Shown here one piece after another: positions 1 to 12,210 of a stretch of 64,000 bases of DNA (its first letter is position 1; each line of letters starts with the position of its first letter). Both the position numbers and the translations under genes were made by a program. The DNA is from Mobula hypostoma. Taxonomy: Eukaryota. The DNA lies in NCBI RefSeq assembly GCF_963921235.1, contig NC_086097.1:31870001-31934000 (forward strand). The letters are read 5' to 3'. Below the pieces are notes generated by a model. It was not told the DNA's origin and ran no database searches. It saw only the letters and a list, made by a program, of their open reading frames with translations.

Positions 1-437
1 TAACTGTAAACAATGGACAACAAACTGCAAGTGCAGATATAAATAAATAGCAATAAATAACAAGCATGAAATAACAAGATAAAAGAGTCCTTAAGTGAGT
101 GTAGTTATCCCCTTTTGTTCAAGAGCCTAATAGTTGAGGGATAGTAACTGTTCTTGAACCTGGTGGTGTGAGTCCTGAGGCACCTGTACCTTCTACCTGA
201 TGGCAGCAGCGAGAAAAGAGCATTACCTGGGTGGTGAGGATCTTTGATGATGGATGCTGCTTCTCTACGGCACCATTTCATGGTTGGGAGGACTTTACCC
301 ATGATGTCCTGGGCCGAATCCACGATCTTTTATAGGATTTTCTGCTCAAAGGCATTGGTGTTCCCAAACCAGGCCATTCTCAGGGAATGGTGTTACAGCT
401 TGAGGTGATGGGGGTTTTAGATAGAATAAGTCTCGGA

Positions 438-736
438 GTTAGCGCGTGGCCAAGTGGTTAAGGCGTCGGTCTGGTGATCTGAAGGTCGCTAGTTCGAGCC
501 TCAGCTGAGGCAGCGTGTTGTGTCCTTGAGCAAGGCACTTAACCACACACTGCTCTGTGATGACACCGGCGCCAAATTGTATCGGCCCTAGTGCCCTTCC
601 CTTGGACAACATCGGAGGCGTGGAGAGGGGAGACTTGCAGCATGGACAACTGCTAGTGTTCCATACAACCTTGCCCTGGAAACCTTCCAAGGCGCAAATC
701 CATGGTCTCACGAGACTAACGGATGCCTATAAAAAA
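438..736 (+). mobile_element. tRNA-derived SINE with CORE-like body and RTE-derived tail
   Basis: A box tggccaagtgg (447), B box gttcgagcc (492), CORE-like tgtccttgagcaaggcacttaacc, short A tail. TSD aagtctcgga at 428-437 and 737-746. Confidence 0.88.
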
Positions 737-1424
737 AAGTCTCGGAATGGGGTTACAGGTTGAGGCTTTTGGTTATAGATAGAACAACAGGTTGCATTCT
801 TGGCTGTGACAGAGGATTGGGTGCTGTTTCTGACTCACTGGCTGGGTTCTAATCAGATAGTTTACGTGCAGAGCTCTGCGGACTCTTTGGCCCAGGTTCC
901 TTGGCTTAGTGCTTGATGTTCTGCCAGCTCCAAGCTGGACGTGGTTTCAGTGGGGAGGGATCATCCTGCCTTTTGGTTAATCATTGTAATGTGAGGCTGT
1001 TGCTTTTGGAAAGGCCACGCTCAATCCATCAACGGTCCTTGGCAGCCAAGCTGCCTCTGTTGATCGGCATCGCCTTTGTCTAGGCTGCGGTCTGTCTACA
1101 CACCGCTCACGAGAGAGCCTTCTGCCAGGACTCGGCATCTGCCTGGCTGCTTACTGAGGTAGGCTGTGGGATGTGGAGGCTTCGGGGCTGAGATTCTCCA
1201 TGGCAGACTGTCTGGCTTGTTTTTTTTCCCTGATAAAACTTATTGTGCAAGTGCTTGTGGTTATAATGGACGAGTTCCAATCATTGAGTTGAGGTAATAC
1301 CGCACCTTTGTTGTAATGAAACTCCCAAGATGCACCATCAGACTGCAGTCCAGCAAGCAGAACATCAGCTGATCATGAAGAGGACAATTAAACAAGGAGG
1401 TTTTAAGGAAGGTTGAAGGTTGAG

Positions 1425-1860
1425 CCCACATGCAAAACGCTGCAGGAACTCAGCAGGTCAGGTGCCATCTATGGAGGGGAATAAACAGTTGATGTTTCGG
1501 GCCAAGACCCTTCCTCAGGACTGGAAAGGAAGGGGGCAGGAGCCAGAATAAGAAGGTAGGGGGCGGGGGGGGGGAGAGTACAAGCAGTCAGGTGGCGTGA
1601 GACTGGGTGAGGGGAATGGTGGGTGGGGTAGTGGGAATGGAGTGAGAAGCTAGGAGGGGATAGGTGGCAGTAGTAATGGACTGAAACAAAAGGAATTTGA
1701 TAGGAGAGGAGAGTGGGCAATGCAAGAAAATAGAGGAGGAGGAGGAGAACTAGAGGGGCATGATGGGCAGGTGAGGAGGAGGGATGGGGGTTAGAGTAAC
1801 TAGAGCCTCTAACCTGATGGCATGAACATCCATTTCTCCAAATTCAAGTAACTTCTCTCT
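1425..1860 (-). mobile_element. Penelope-like 3' tail with decayed hammerhead motif
   Basis: G-rich tract plus cagttgatgtttcgggccaagacccttcctcaggactgg. A homologous copy lies at 20880-21245. Confidence 0.65.
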
Positions 1861-2869
1861 TCTCCTCCCTTCTCTCTTTTTCTGTTCCGTATTCTGGTGA
1901 GAGCAACTATATGTCTTAACAACTTGATTGAGATAATTTGGGGAGGTGACAGTGGTGACTAATGAGGGTAGGGCAATGGATGTTGCCTATGTGGACTTTA
2001 GTAAACCTTCCTGCCAGGTCCCTCATGATAGACTGATCTGAACGATTAACGCACGTGGAATTCAATGGAAACTTGGTAGACGGAATTCAAAATAGGCTTG
2101 ACCCTGGAAGACAGAGTGAAGTGGTGGAGGGATGTTATTCTCACTGGAGGTTTGTGACCAGTAGTGTTCTGCAAAGATCAATGCTGGCAAGGATAAAGGG
2201 TCGGTCCAATGTTCTGTACAGCGCTGTGCTGTACTATGTTCTATGTAAATGTGAGGTGTTTTACATTAGAAAGTCAAATGTAAAGGGGACATACACAGTA
2301 AGTAGCCCTTGGGAGGCTTTTTTGGTAGGTTGGAGTGTAGGGATTGAGCTGGGCATTGCGGGGTACGGGGTAAGGTTTCCTGAATTGGTGCCAAATGGAA
2401 GCAAACATTCCTGGTCAATTTGTTTATTATTGTCACATGTACTGAGGTAGAGTGGAAGATTGTTTTTTGTACCATCCATACAGTTCATTTCATCACATCA
2501 GCCTATTGAGGAGGTACAGGGGAAAGTTACAGCTACAGAGAAAGTGGAGTGCAGGTAGACAATAAGGTGCAAGGTCACGACACGGTAGTTATAACTGTCC
2601 TTGAGTCTGGTGCTATGTTTTCAGATTTCTATATTTTCTGCCAGGTGGAGAGAGGATGGAAGGGAGAATATTCGTGGTGCGTGGGGTCTTTGATTATGCT
2701 GGCTGCTTTACTGACACAGTGAGAAGTGTAAAGAGAATCCATGGAGGAGATTTGGTTTCCATCTCCATGACTGTCTGCTTCTCACGGTCACAAGCAGAGC
2801 AGTTACTGTACCAAGCCATTAGGCCTACAGACTGAATGCTTTCAGTAAAGATTGGTGAGGTCACTGGCG

Positions 2870-3845
2870 AATTTCTTTATTCTTTGATGAAGTTGATGAA
2901 GGCAAGGCAGTGGATGTTGCCTAGATGGACTTTAGAAAGGCACTTGACTAGGTCCCGCATGGGAGATTGGTCAAGGTTTCAGCCACTTGGCATTCAAGAT
3001 GAGGTAGTAAATTGGATTAGACACTGGTTTTGTGGGAAAAGCCAGAGAGTGGTTGTAGATGGCTGCCTCTCTGACTGGAGGCCTGTGACTAGTGGAGTGT
3101 TGCAGGGATCGGTGCTGGGTCTGTTGTTGTTTGTCATCTATGTCAGTGATCTGGATGATGTGTTTAACTGTATCAACAAAATTGCAGATGACACTAAGAT
3201 TAGGGATACAGTGGAGAGCGAGGAAGACTTATAAGAGCTTGCTGGTCCAACTAGAAATATGGGCTGAAAAATGGCAGATGAAATTTAATGCAGACAAGTG
3301 TGAGTGTTGCACTTTGGTAGGACCAACTGGGGTATGTCTTACACAGTGAATGGTAGGGCACTGAGGAATGCGGTGAACAAAGGGAATAGAGGTCCATAAT
3401 TCATTGAAAGGTTGATAGGGTCGTAAAGAAAGCTTTTGGCACATTGGCCATAAATCAGAATATTGAGTACAGAAGATGGGATGTTATGCTGAAATCATAT
3501 AAGACATTGGCGAGGCCTAATTTGAAGTATTGTGTACAGTTTTGGTCACCTGCCTGCAGGAAAGTTGTTGGGTGTGACTACAACTAGAGGTTATAGGTTA
3601 AAAGTGAAAGGTGAAATGTTTAAGGGGAACATGAGGGGAAACTTCTTCATTCAGTACTGCCAGCTCAAGTGATGCATGCAAGCTCGATTTCAACATTTAA
3701 GAGAAGTTTGGATGGGTGCCTTGATGGTAGAGGTATGGAGGGGTATGGTCCTGGTGCAGATCGATGGGAGGAGGCAGTTTAAATGGTTCAGAATGGATTA
3801 GATGGGCCAAAGGGCCTATTTCTGAACTGTACTTTTCCATGACTC
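2870..3845 (+). mobile_element. Degenerate CR1 RT and 3' region
   Basis: QRVVVDGCLSDWRPVTSGVLQGSVLG..KIADDTK, WAEKWQMKFNADKC, CR1 3' UTR. Confidence 0.85.
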
Positions 3846-4464
3846 TATTCTCTGAAGGAACTAGGGGTGTTTTGAGCTTTCTTGGCCGTGGAATCTACAT
3901 GATTAGACCAGGACAGGCTATTGGTGATGTGCACTCTGAGGAACATGAAGCTCTCAGCATTCTTGACCTCAGCACTGTTGATATAAACAGGAGTATCTGC
4001 ATCACCACCAACCCTCCCCTCCCCTCCCCACTTCCTGAAGTCAATGACCAGCTCTTTTGTTTCACTGTCATTGAGGGAAGGTAATTGTCTTGATACCATG
4101 CCACTATCTCCTTCCTGTACTGACTTAGCATTATTTGAAATTTGGCCGACTACGGCGGTGTCACCTGCAAACTTGTATGTGGAGTTAGAACAGCATCTGG
4201 CCACACAGTGGAATAGAGTGATATGGCATGGGAAGAGGCCCTTAGCCCAACTCCTCTCTGCTGATTATGTTGCTTAGGGAATGCGTTCCGTCTGCCCACA
4301 CTTATCCCATAGCCCTCTAAACCTCTCATGTCCATGTACTTGTCCAGATGGATTTTAAATGTTGCTGATCTTACCCATCTCCAACCCCTGTTCCTGACAG
4401 CTCGTTCCAAGTATGCAAACACTTTGTATGAAGGAGCTGCCTCCGATGTTCGGAGGGGCGCCGG

Positions 4465-4740
4465 TTAGCATACGCTTTACAATGCCTGTGATCAGGGGTT
4501 TCAATTCTCACCGCTGGCTGTAAGCAATTTGCATGTTCTCCCCGTGAGTGTGGGGGTTTCCTCTGGGTGCTCTGGTTTCCTCCCACAGTCCAAAGGTGTA
4601 CGGTTAGGGTTAGTGAGTCATAGGCTTGCCATGCCGGTGTTGCAAGTGTGGCAACACTTACAGGCTGCCCCCAGCACAATCTTTGATTTGATGCAAACAA
4701 CACATGTTTTGATGTAATAAATAAAGCTAATCTTTAATCT
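4465..4740 (+). mobile_element. V-domain (HE1/DANA-like) SINE
   Basis: tttgcatgttctccccgtg..gggtttcctctgggtgctctggtttcctcccacagtccaaag. Further copies at about 10645-10930, 24985-25290 and 63880-64000 (+), and 10215-10440 and 16310-16620 (-). Confidence 0.8.
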
Positions 4741-5429
4741 TTTAAATCCCTCGCCTCTGATCTTAAACCTGCGCCCTTTTGTTTTTAGCACCCTGTGGCT
4801 GGCAAAAGACAATTTGTTTTCACCCTGTCTCGATCAGGTTACTCCTCGATCTCCTATGTCCCAGGGAATAAAGTCCTAGTTCATGTAATCTCCCCTTGTA
4901 ACTCAGGCTTCCAACTCTTGCCACATCCTTGTGAATCCTTTCATAACTCGTTCCAGTGTGATAACATCTTTCCTGTAACATGGTGACCAAAACTGTATGC
5001 TATTCTCCTAGTTTAATATTTGACCTTACAAGTTCTCAAATGCACCTTCATGTATCATCTGGAGATCTCCTAACTGCTTACTGGCCATAATAGGAGGCTA
5101 TTACAGCCTTTCCATGAGCTTTTTCTTTTAAACAGTTCATTTCTGCGTCACTCCTCGGTTCTGAGATTTTGTTTTGTTGTGGCATCCCTGATGCTCTGTG
5201 GAGCTGAACAAGGATGTTACGGGAGCTAGATGACTAGGGTTAAGGAGAGACTGGATAGGCCGGAGCTAATTCCCTGGAACGTAGGAGACCGAGGGGTCAT
5301 AAAGTTATACAGCACTGCATTGAAGAAACAGCCCCTTCAGCCCATCTAGTCCATGCTGGACTGTTATTCTGACTGGACTCATCAACCTACACCTGGATCA
5401 TAGCCCTCCATACCCTCCCATCCATAAGG

Positions 5430-8400
5430 TCATAGGACCATAAGATACAGGAGCAGAATTAGGCCTTCTGGGTCATTGAGTTTGTTCTGCCATTTCATCA
5501 TGGCTGATCCATTTTCCTCTCAGCCCCAATCTCCTGCCTTCTTCCTGTATCCCTTCATGCTCTGACTAATCAAGATTCTATCAACTTCTGCCTTAAATAT
5601 ACATTAAAAACTTGGCCTCCACAGCTGCCCGTGGCAACGAATTACGCAGACTCGCCACTCTCTAGCTAAAAAAATTGCCCCTTTTCTCCATTCTAAAAGG
5701 AACCTCCTCTATTCTGAGGCTGTGACCTCTGGCCTTAGACTCTCCCACCCTAGGAAACATCCTCTCCACAGTCACTCTATCAAGGCCTTTCACCATTCGA
5801 TAGATTTCAATTAGGTCACCCATCATTCTTCTGAATTCTAGTGAATACAAGCCCAGAGCCATCAAACGCTCTTCATATGACAAGCCATTCAATCCTGGAA
5901 TCATTTTTGTGAACCTCCTTTGATCCTGCTCCAGTTTCAGCACATCCTTTCTTAGATAAGGGGCCAAAACAGCTCTCAATACTCCAAGTGAGGCCTCACC
6001 AGTGCTTTATAAAGTCTCAACATTACATTCTTGCATTTATATTCTAGTCCTCTTGAAATGAATGCTAACATTGTATTTGCCTCCTTCACCACAGACTCAA
6101 CCTGCAAATTAACCTTCAAAGAATCCTGCACGAGGACTCGCAAGTCTTTCTGTGCTGCAGATTTTTGAATTTTCTCTCAATTTAGAAAATGTATACCCTT
6201 TCATTTCTTCTACCAAAGTGCATGATCATACACTTCCCGACACTGTATCCCATCTGCCACTTCTTTGCCCATTCTCCCAATCTAAGTCCTTCTGTAACGT
6301 TTTCCTTCCTCAAAACCACCTGCCCCTCCACCTATCTCAGTATTGTCTGCAAACTCTGCAACAAAGTCATCAATTCCATCATTCAAATCATTGATGTATA
6401 ACATAAGAAGTATTGGACCCAACATCGTCTCCCATGGAACACCAATAGTTACCGCCAGCCAACTAGAAAAGGCTTCCTGTATTCCCACTCTTTGCCTCCT
6501 GCCAAATAGCCACTGCTTTATCCATCTTAGAATCTTTCCTGTAATACCATGGGCTCGTATCCTGTTAAGTAGTCTCATGTGTGGGACCTTATCAAAGGCC
6601 TTCTGAAAATCCAAGTACACATCATCGACTGACTTTGTCTCCTTTGTCTATCCTGCTTGTTATTTCCTCAAAGAATTCCAACAGATTTCTCAAGCAAGAT
6701 TTTTCCTTGAGGAAACCATACTGACTGTGGTCAAGTTTATCATGTGCCTCCAAGTACATAAAATCACATCATTAATGATTGACTCCAACATCTTCCCAAC
6801 CACTGAGGTCAGACTAACTGGCCTATAATTTCCTTTCTTCTGCCTCCCTCCCTTCTAGAAGAGTGGAGTGACATTTGCAGTTTTCCAATTTTCTAGAACC
6901 ATTCCAGAATCTAGCGATTCTTGAAAGATCATTTCTAATGCCTCTGCAATCTCTTCAGCCACCTCTTTCAGAGCCCTGTGGTGTAGACCATCTGGTCCAA
7001 GTGACCTATCTACTTTCAGACCTTTCAGTTTCCCAAGAACTTTCTCCCTAGTAATGGCAACTTCACACACTTCTGGTCCCTGACACTCTTGAACTTCCAA
7101 CATACTGCTAGTGTCTTCCACAGTGAAGACTGATGCAAAATATCTGTTCTGTTTGCCTGCCTATTTTATTGTCCTCCATTACCACCTCTCCAGCATAGAT
7201 TTCCAGTAGACCAATATCCACATTCACCTCTCTTTTACACTTTATGTATCTGAAGAAATTTTTGGTATCCTCTTTAATATTATTGGCCGACTTACCTTCA
7301 TATTCCTTCTTATTCTTTGTTACTTTTTTAGTTGCCTTCTGTTGGTTTTTAAAAGCTTCCCAATCCTCTAGTTTCCCTCTAATTTTTACTCTATTATATG
7401 CCCTCTCTTGGGCTTTTATGTTGGTTTTGTCTTCTCTTGTTAGCCATGGTTGTGTCACTTTTTCTTTAGAATATTTCTTCCTCTTTGGGATGTATATATC
7501 CTGTGCCTTCTGAATTGCTTCCAGAAATTCCAACCATTGCTGCTCTGCCATCATCCCTGCCAGTGTTCTTTTCCAATCAATTCTGGCCAACTTCTCTCTC
7601 ATGGCTCTGTAATTACCTTTACTCCACTGCAATACTGATACATCTGACTTTAGCTTCTCCTTATCAGATTTCAGGGTGAATTTGATCATATTATGATCAC
7701 TTTCCCCTCAGGGTTCTTTTATCTTAAGCTCTCCAATCAATTCCTGTTCAATGTACAACACCAAATCCAGAATAGCTGATCCTGTAGTGGGCTCAACCAA
7801 AAGCTGCTCTAAAAAGCCATCTCATAGCCAGTTTAGAATTCGCCCTCTTGGAATCCAGCACCAACCTAATTTTCCCAATCCACCTGCATATTGAAATCTC
7901 CCATGACTACTATAACATTGCCCTTTTGGCATGCATTTTCTATTTTGCATTGCAATTTGTAGACCACATCCTTATTACTGTTTGGGTGTCTGTTTACAAC
8001 TCCCATCAGGGTCTTTTTTCACTCTTGCAGTTGCTTAGTTCTATCCACTATGATTCAACACCTTCTGACCCTATGCCATCTCTTTCTCATGATTTGACTT
8101 CATTTTTTACCAAAAGAGCAACGACACGCCCGCTGCCATCCCACCTGCCCTTTTGATACAAGATGTATCCCTGGACATTAATCTCTCAGCCATAATCTTC
8201 TTTCAGCCCTGATTCAGTGATACCTACAACATTATACTTGCCAATCTGTAATTGTGATACAAGTTCATCCACCTTATTCCACATACTGCGCGCTTTCACC
8301 TTCAGTCCTGTATTCACCCTTTTCAATTTTGTCTGCCTTTTACATTGCAGCTCATCCTGTTGACTGCAATTTTACCCGATCATCAGCCTCTCCTTGCTAG

Positions 8401-9450
8401 GAGTCTCACTTCACACTGCCTCTGTTGTAAACCAATGACCTCATCTTCAGCACTGTCACTCCAGTTCCCACCCTCCTGCCAGATTGGTTTAAGTCCACCC
8501 GAACAACTCTAGCCAACCTGGCTGCAAGGATATTGGACTCCCTCAAGTTCAGGTGTAACCTTCCTTTTCTGGGGAAGGTACGACTTGTGCAAGAGCTCCC
8601 AATGATCCATAAATCTGAAGCCCTGCCCCCCTGCACCAACTCTTCAACCATGCATTCCCCTGCCAAATCGTCATATTCTTACCCTCACTGGCAAGTGGCA
8701 CGGGCAGTAATCCAGAGATTACTATCCTGGAGGTCCTGTTTCTCAACTTTCTACCTAGCTCCCTAAAATCTCGCTTCAGGACCTCCTCACTTTGTCTACC
8801 AATGTTGTTGGTGCCAATATTTACCAAGACTTCTGGTAGCTCGCCCTTGCCCTTGAGACCCTATCCGAGACGTCCTTGATCTTGGCACCAGGGAGGCAAC
8901 ATAGCATCCGGGTGACTCTATCATGCCCAGAGACCTCGTCTCTGTTCCTCTGACTATGGAATCTCATATCAACACTGCAGTTCTCTTCACCTCTGTGCTG
9001 TTCTGAGCCACAGCACCAGAGACGTGGTTGCTGTGGCTCTCCCAAGTAGGTCGTCCCGCTCAGTAGTATCTGAAGTTGTATAATTGTTATTGAAGGGAAC
9101 GGCCACAGGTGTACTCTGCCCTGACTGTGCATTTCCCCTCCTCCTCCTCCTCCTCACACTCACTCAGTTACCTGTCTCCTACAATGTAGGGGTGACTACC
9201 TCCCTGTATCTCCTGTCTATCACCTCCTCATTCTCCCGTATGAATTGAAGGTTGAGCTGTGGCTCCAGTTCCTTAATGCATTCCCTCAGGAGCTGCAGCT
9301 CGGTGCACCTGATGCAGATGTGTTTATCTGGGAGTCTGGAGATCTCCCAGACTTCCCACATCCCATGCACAGTACAAAATACTGCCCCTGGAGCCATTCT
9401 CACTAAACTACTATACCCTAACAGATGAGGAATGAATAAATAAGAACAGG
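5430..9450 (-). mobile_element. Near full-length, disabled CR1 LINE (ORF1 zinc-finger/esterase; ORF2 APE-RT; 3' UTR)
   Basis: Collinear minus-strand fragments: ORF1 Cys motif (9403-9179), SGNH-esterase-like NIGTNNIGR..IVISGLLP (8827-8549), endonuclease/linker (7689-7108), GPDGLH..ALKE..WKTANVTPLF (7121-6855), YLDFQKAFDKVPH..GVP..LGP..FADNT (6620-6282), CR1 C-terminus (5979-5662). Many frameshifts. Confidence 0.9.
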
Positions 9451-11849
9451 GAGAGATTAATTTACGAGATACTTTACCTCACCCGAGCCTGATGAGCCAA
9501 AGCCACTCTAAAGACTGGCCCACTCTAAGGAATGGCCGCTCCGCTTGCACTTGAATCCCTCTTACTGATTGGTCACTCCTCAAGTTAGAGAAACTGCCCT
9601 GAAACTAAAAACTTTAAAATCTCAATCACCGTCCTGATTAACAGGTAGCTCTTTTTGCTGATGTTGATTGTCCAACTCAGAGAAAATCCAAGCTTCTCTT
9701 AAATGTTGAAATCGAACCCACATTCACCACTTCAGCTGGCAACTTGACTCAGGAGCAGCTTCTCCCCCTCTGCCATTAAGTTTCCTAATAGTTCATGAAC
9801 CCATGAAAACTACCTCACTCTTCACATTGCACTACTTTTAAAATTCTTACTGTTATTTATAGTGTCTTTTATGCATTGCACAGCAAGCTTCATGAAACAC
9901 ACACAAAATGCAGGAGGAACTCAGCAGGCCAGGCAGCATCTATGGAAAAGAGTACAGTTGCCATTTCGGGCAGAGACCCTTCATCAGAATTAACAAACTT
10001 CATGATATATGTTAGTGATTAAGAAGCCTGATTCTGAAGACGAGCGTGTCAAATGCCTTCTTCACTACACTCTCCCATTTGGCAGAAGAGGTAAAAGCTT
10101 AAAAGTATGTACTACCAAGCTCAAGGTCAGCTTCTATCTCATCGTTATCAGACTAAGATGGATTCTTGACCTCACAAAAGGTTTAAAGATCTTAACCTTA
10201 CATCTTTTTGAAGGTTGGCTTTATTTGTCACATGTACACGAAAACATGCAGTGAAATGCATCATTTTGCATCAAGTTAAATCAGCAAGGGTAGTGTTTGG
10301 CAGCCCACAAGTTTCACTATGTTTCCAACGCCTCATTGCATGCCCTCTACTCATTAATCCTAATCTGTATGTCTTTCAATATTTGGAGGAAACCCACATG
10401 GTCACAGGGAGAACGTACAAACTCCTTACAGGCAGAGGCACTATAATAGAGTTATACTGGCACTCCGCTACTGTCTATGCATCGTCATGACCTTATTGTC
10501 TACCTGCTCTGCACTTTCTCTGTAACACTTCATTCTACATTCTCTTATTGTTTTTCCTTGTACTACCTCAATGCGAGGTTTAGTGCTGTACCAACCCATT
10601 TATGTCAGGAATCAGCCCAGAGACTCATACGCTGGTGGTCAGAGTAACAGTAGCGTCACACTTTAAAGTGCCAGAGTTCAATACCCAGAGCTGTCTGTAA
10701 GGGAGTTATACTTTCTCCCCACGACCGTGTGGATTTCCTCCGGGTGCTCCAGTTCCTCCCACATTCCAAAGACATATGGGTTAGTAAGTTGTGGCCATGC
10801 TGTGTTGGTGCGGGAAACATGATGACTCTTGTGAAGTGCCTCCAGCACATCCTGGGACTGTGTAGGTTGTTGACATAAATGATGCATTTCACCTATGTTT
10901 CAATGTACATGTGATACATAAAGCTAATCCTTGAATTTTTTTTTTACCTTCTAGTTTGCATTAATGGCTGAAATCTAATTTGCCTTTCTAAATGCTTGAT
11001 ATTTACTGTACATGTTGGTTTCATATTGTTTGCCTGAAGATTCTGATCTGTCAATGACGACCCTCAACAGTTGGTCTCTATTGAGATAACTTCAACATAG
11101 AACAGTACAACACTGGGCAGGCCATTTGGCCCACAATGTTGTGCGGATCCCAATTCCAATTTATACTATATGTCCTCTTCCTGTCTATTATCCATATCTT
11201 TCTACCCACTTCGTATTCATGCCTCAAATCTCAACCAAACCATCTGCTTCCACTACTGCCCCTGGAAACCCATTCTCCGTGTTTAAAAAAAATGCCCTTC
11301 ATGTCATCTTTAAGTTCCTCTCTAACTTAAAAAGCATGTCCTCTGGTGTTTGACATTTCTACCCGAGGAAAAAGAATCTCTTTCTATGCCTCTCATAATT
11401 TAATTTAATTCCCCTCAGCCTCGGATGTTCCAAGTTTGTCCAGCCTTATAGCTCGTACCCTCAAATCCTGGCAAACCTTTTCTGCACTGTCTCCAGGGCC
11501 TCCACATCCTTCCCGTAACAGAGTGACCAGAACTCCATACAGTACTTTAAATGTGGCGTGACTAAAGTTTTATACCAATGCAGTGTGACTTCCTTACCCT
11601 TAAGCTCAATACTGTGACCAGTGAAGGCAAGGCTGCTTTCCCATCTTATCCATTCATTTCGAGAGGACTAGAATGTAAAAGCAAGAATATAATGCTAAGG
11701 CTTGATGAGGCATTGGTCAGACTGCACTTGGAGTATTGTGAGCCATTTTGGACCCCTTATCTGAGAAAAGATGTGCTGGCATTGGAGAGGGTCCAGAGAA
11801 GGTTCGCATACATTAACCCTTTCATTCCTGGGATAATTTATAGTCAAGA

Positions 11850-12210
11850 TATTTGGAGGGTATGGCCCAGATCCGGGTCAGGATCCGTTCAGCAGTCTTA
11901 TCACAGTTGGAAAGAAGCTGTTCCCAAATCTGGCTGTACGAGTCTTCAAGCTCCTGAGCCTTCTCCCAGAGGGAAGGGGGACGAAAAGTGTGTTGGCTGG
12001 GTGGGTCGTGTCCTTGATTATCCTGGCAGCACTGCTCCGACAGCGTGCGGTGTAAAGTGAATCCATGGACGGAAGATTGGTTTGTGTGATGCGCTGCGCT
12101 GTGTTCACGATCTTCTGCAGCTTCTTCCGATCTTGGACAGGACAACTTCCATACCAGGTTGCGATGCACCCTAGAAGAATGCTTTCTATGGTGCATCTAT
12201 AAAAATAAGT
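11850..12210 (-). mobile_element. Rex1/L2-type LINE 3' fragment
   Basis: FYRCTIESILLGCIATWYG..HPANTLFVPLPSGRRLRSLKTRTARFGNSFFPTVIRLLN. Related fragments at 105-323, 13809-14084, 38430-38810, 39348-39610, 39735-40390, 43790-45160 and 49910-50590. Confidence 0.8.

Noticed and set aside
441..510. tRNA gene
   Set aside because: A and B boxes are present, but it runs into a SINE body with tail and TSDs; no clean cloverleaf or T-run terminator. The same applies to the heads at ~24040 and ~43500.
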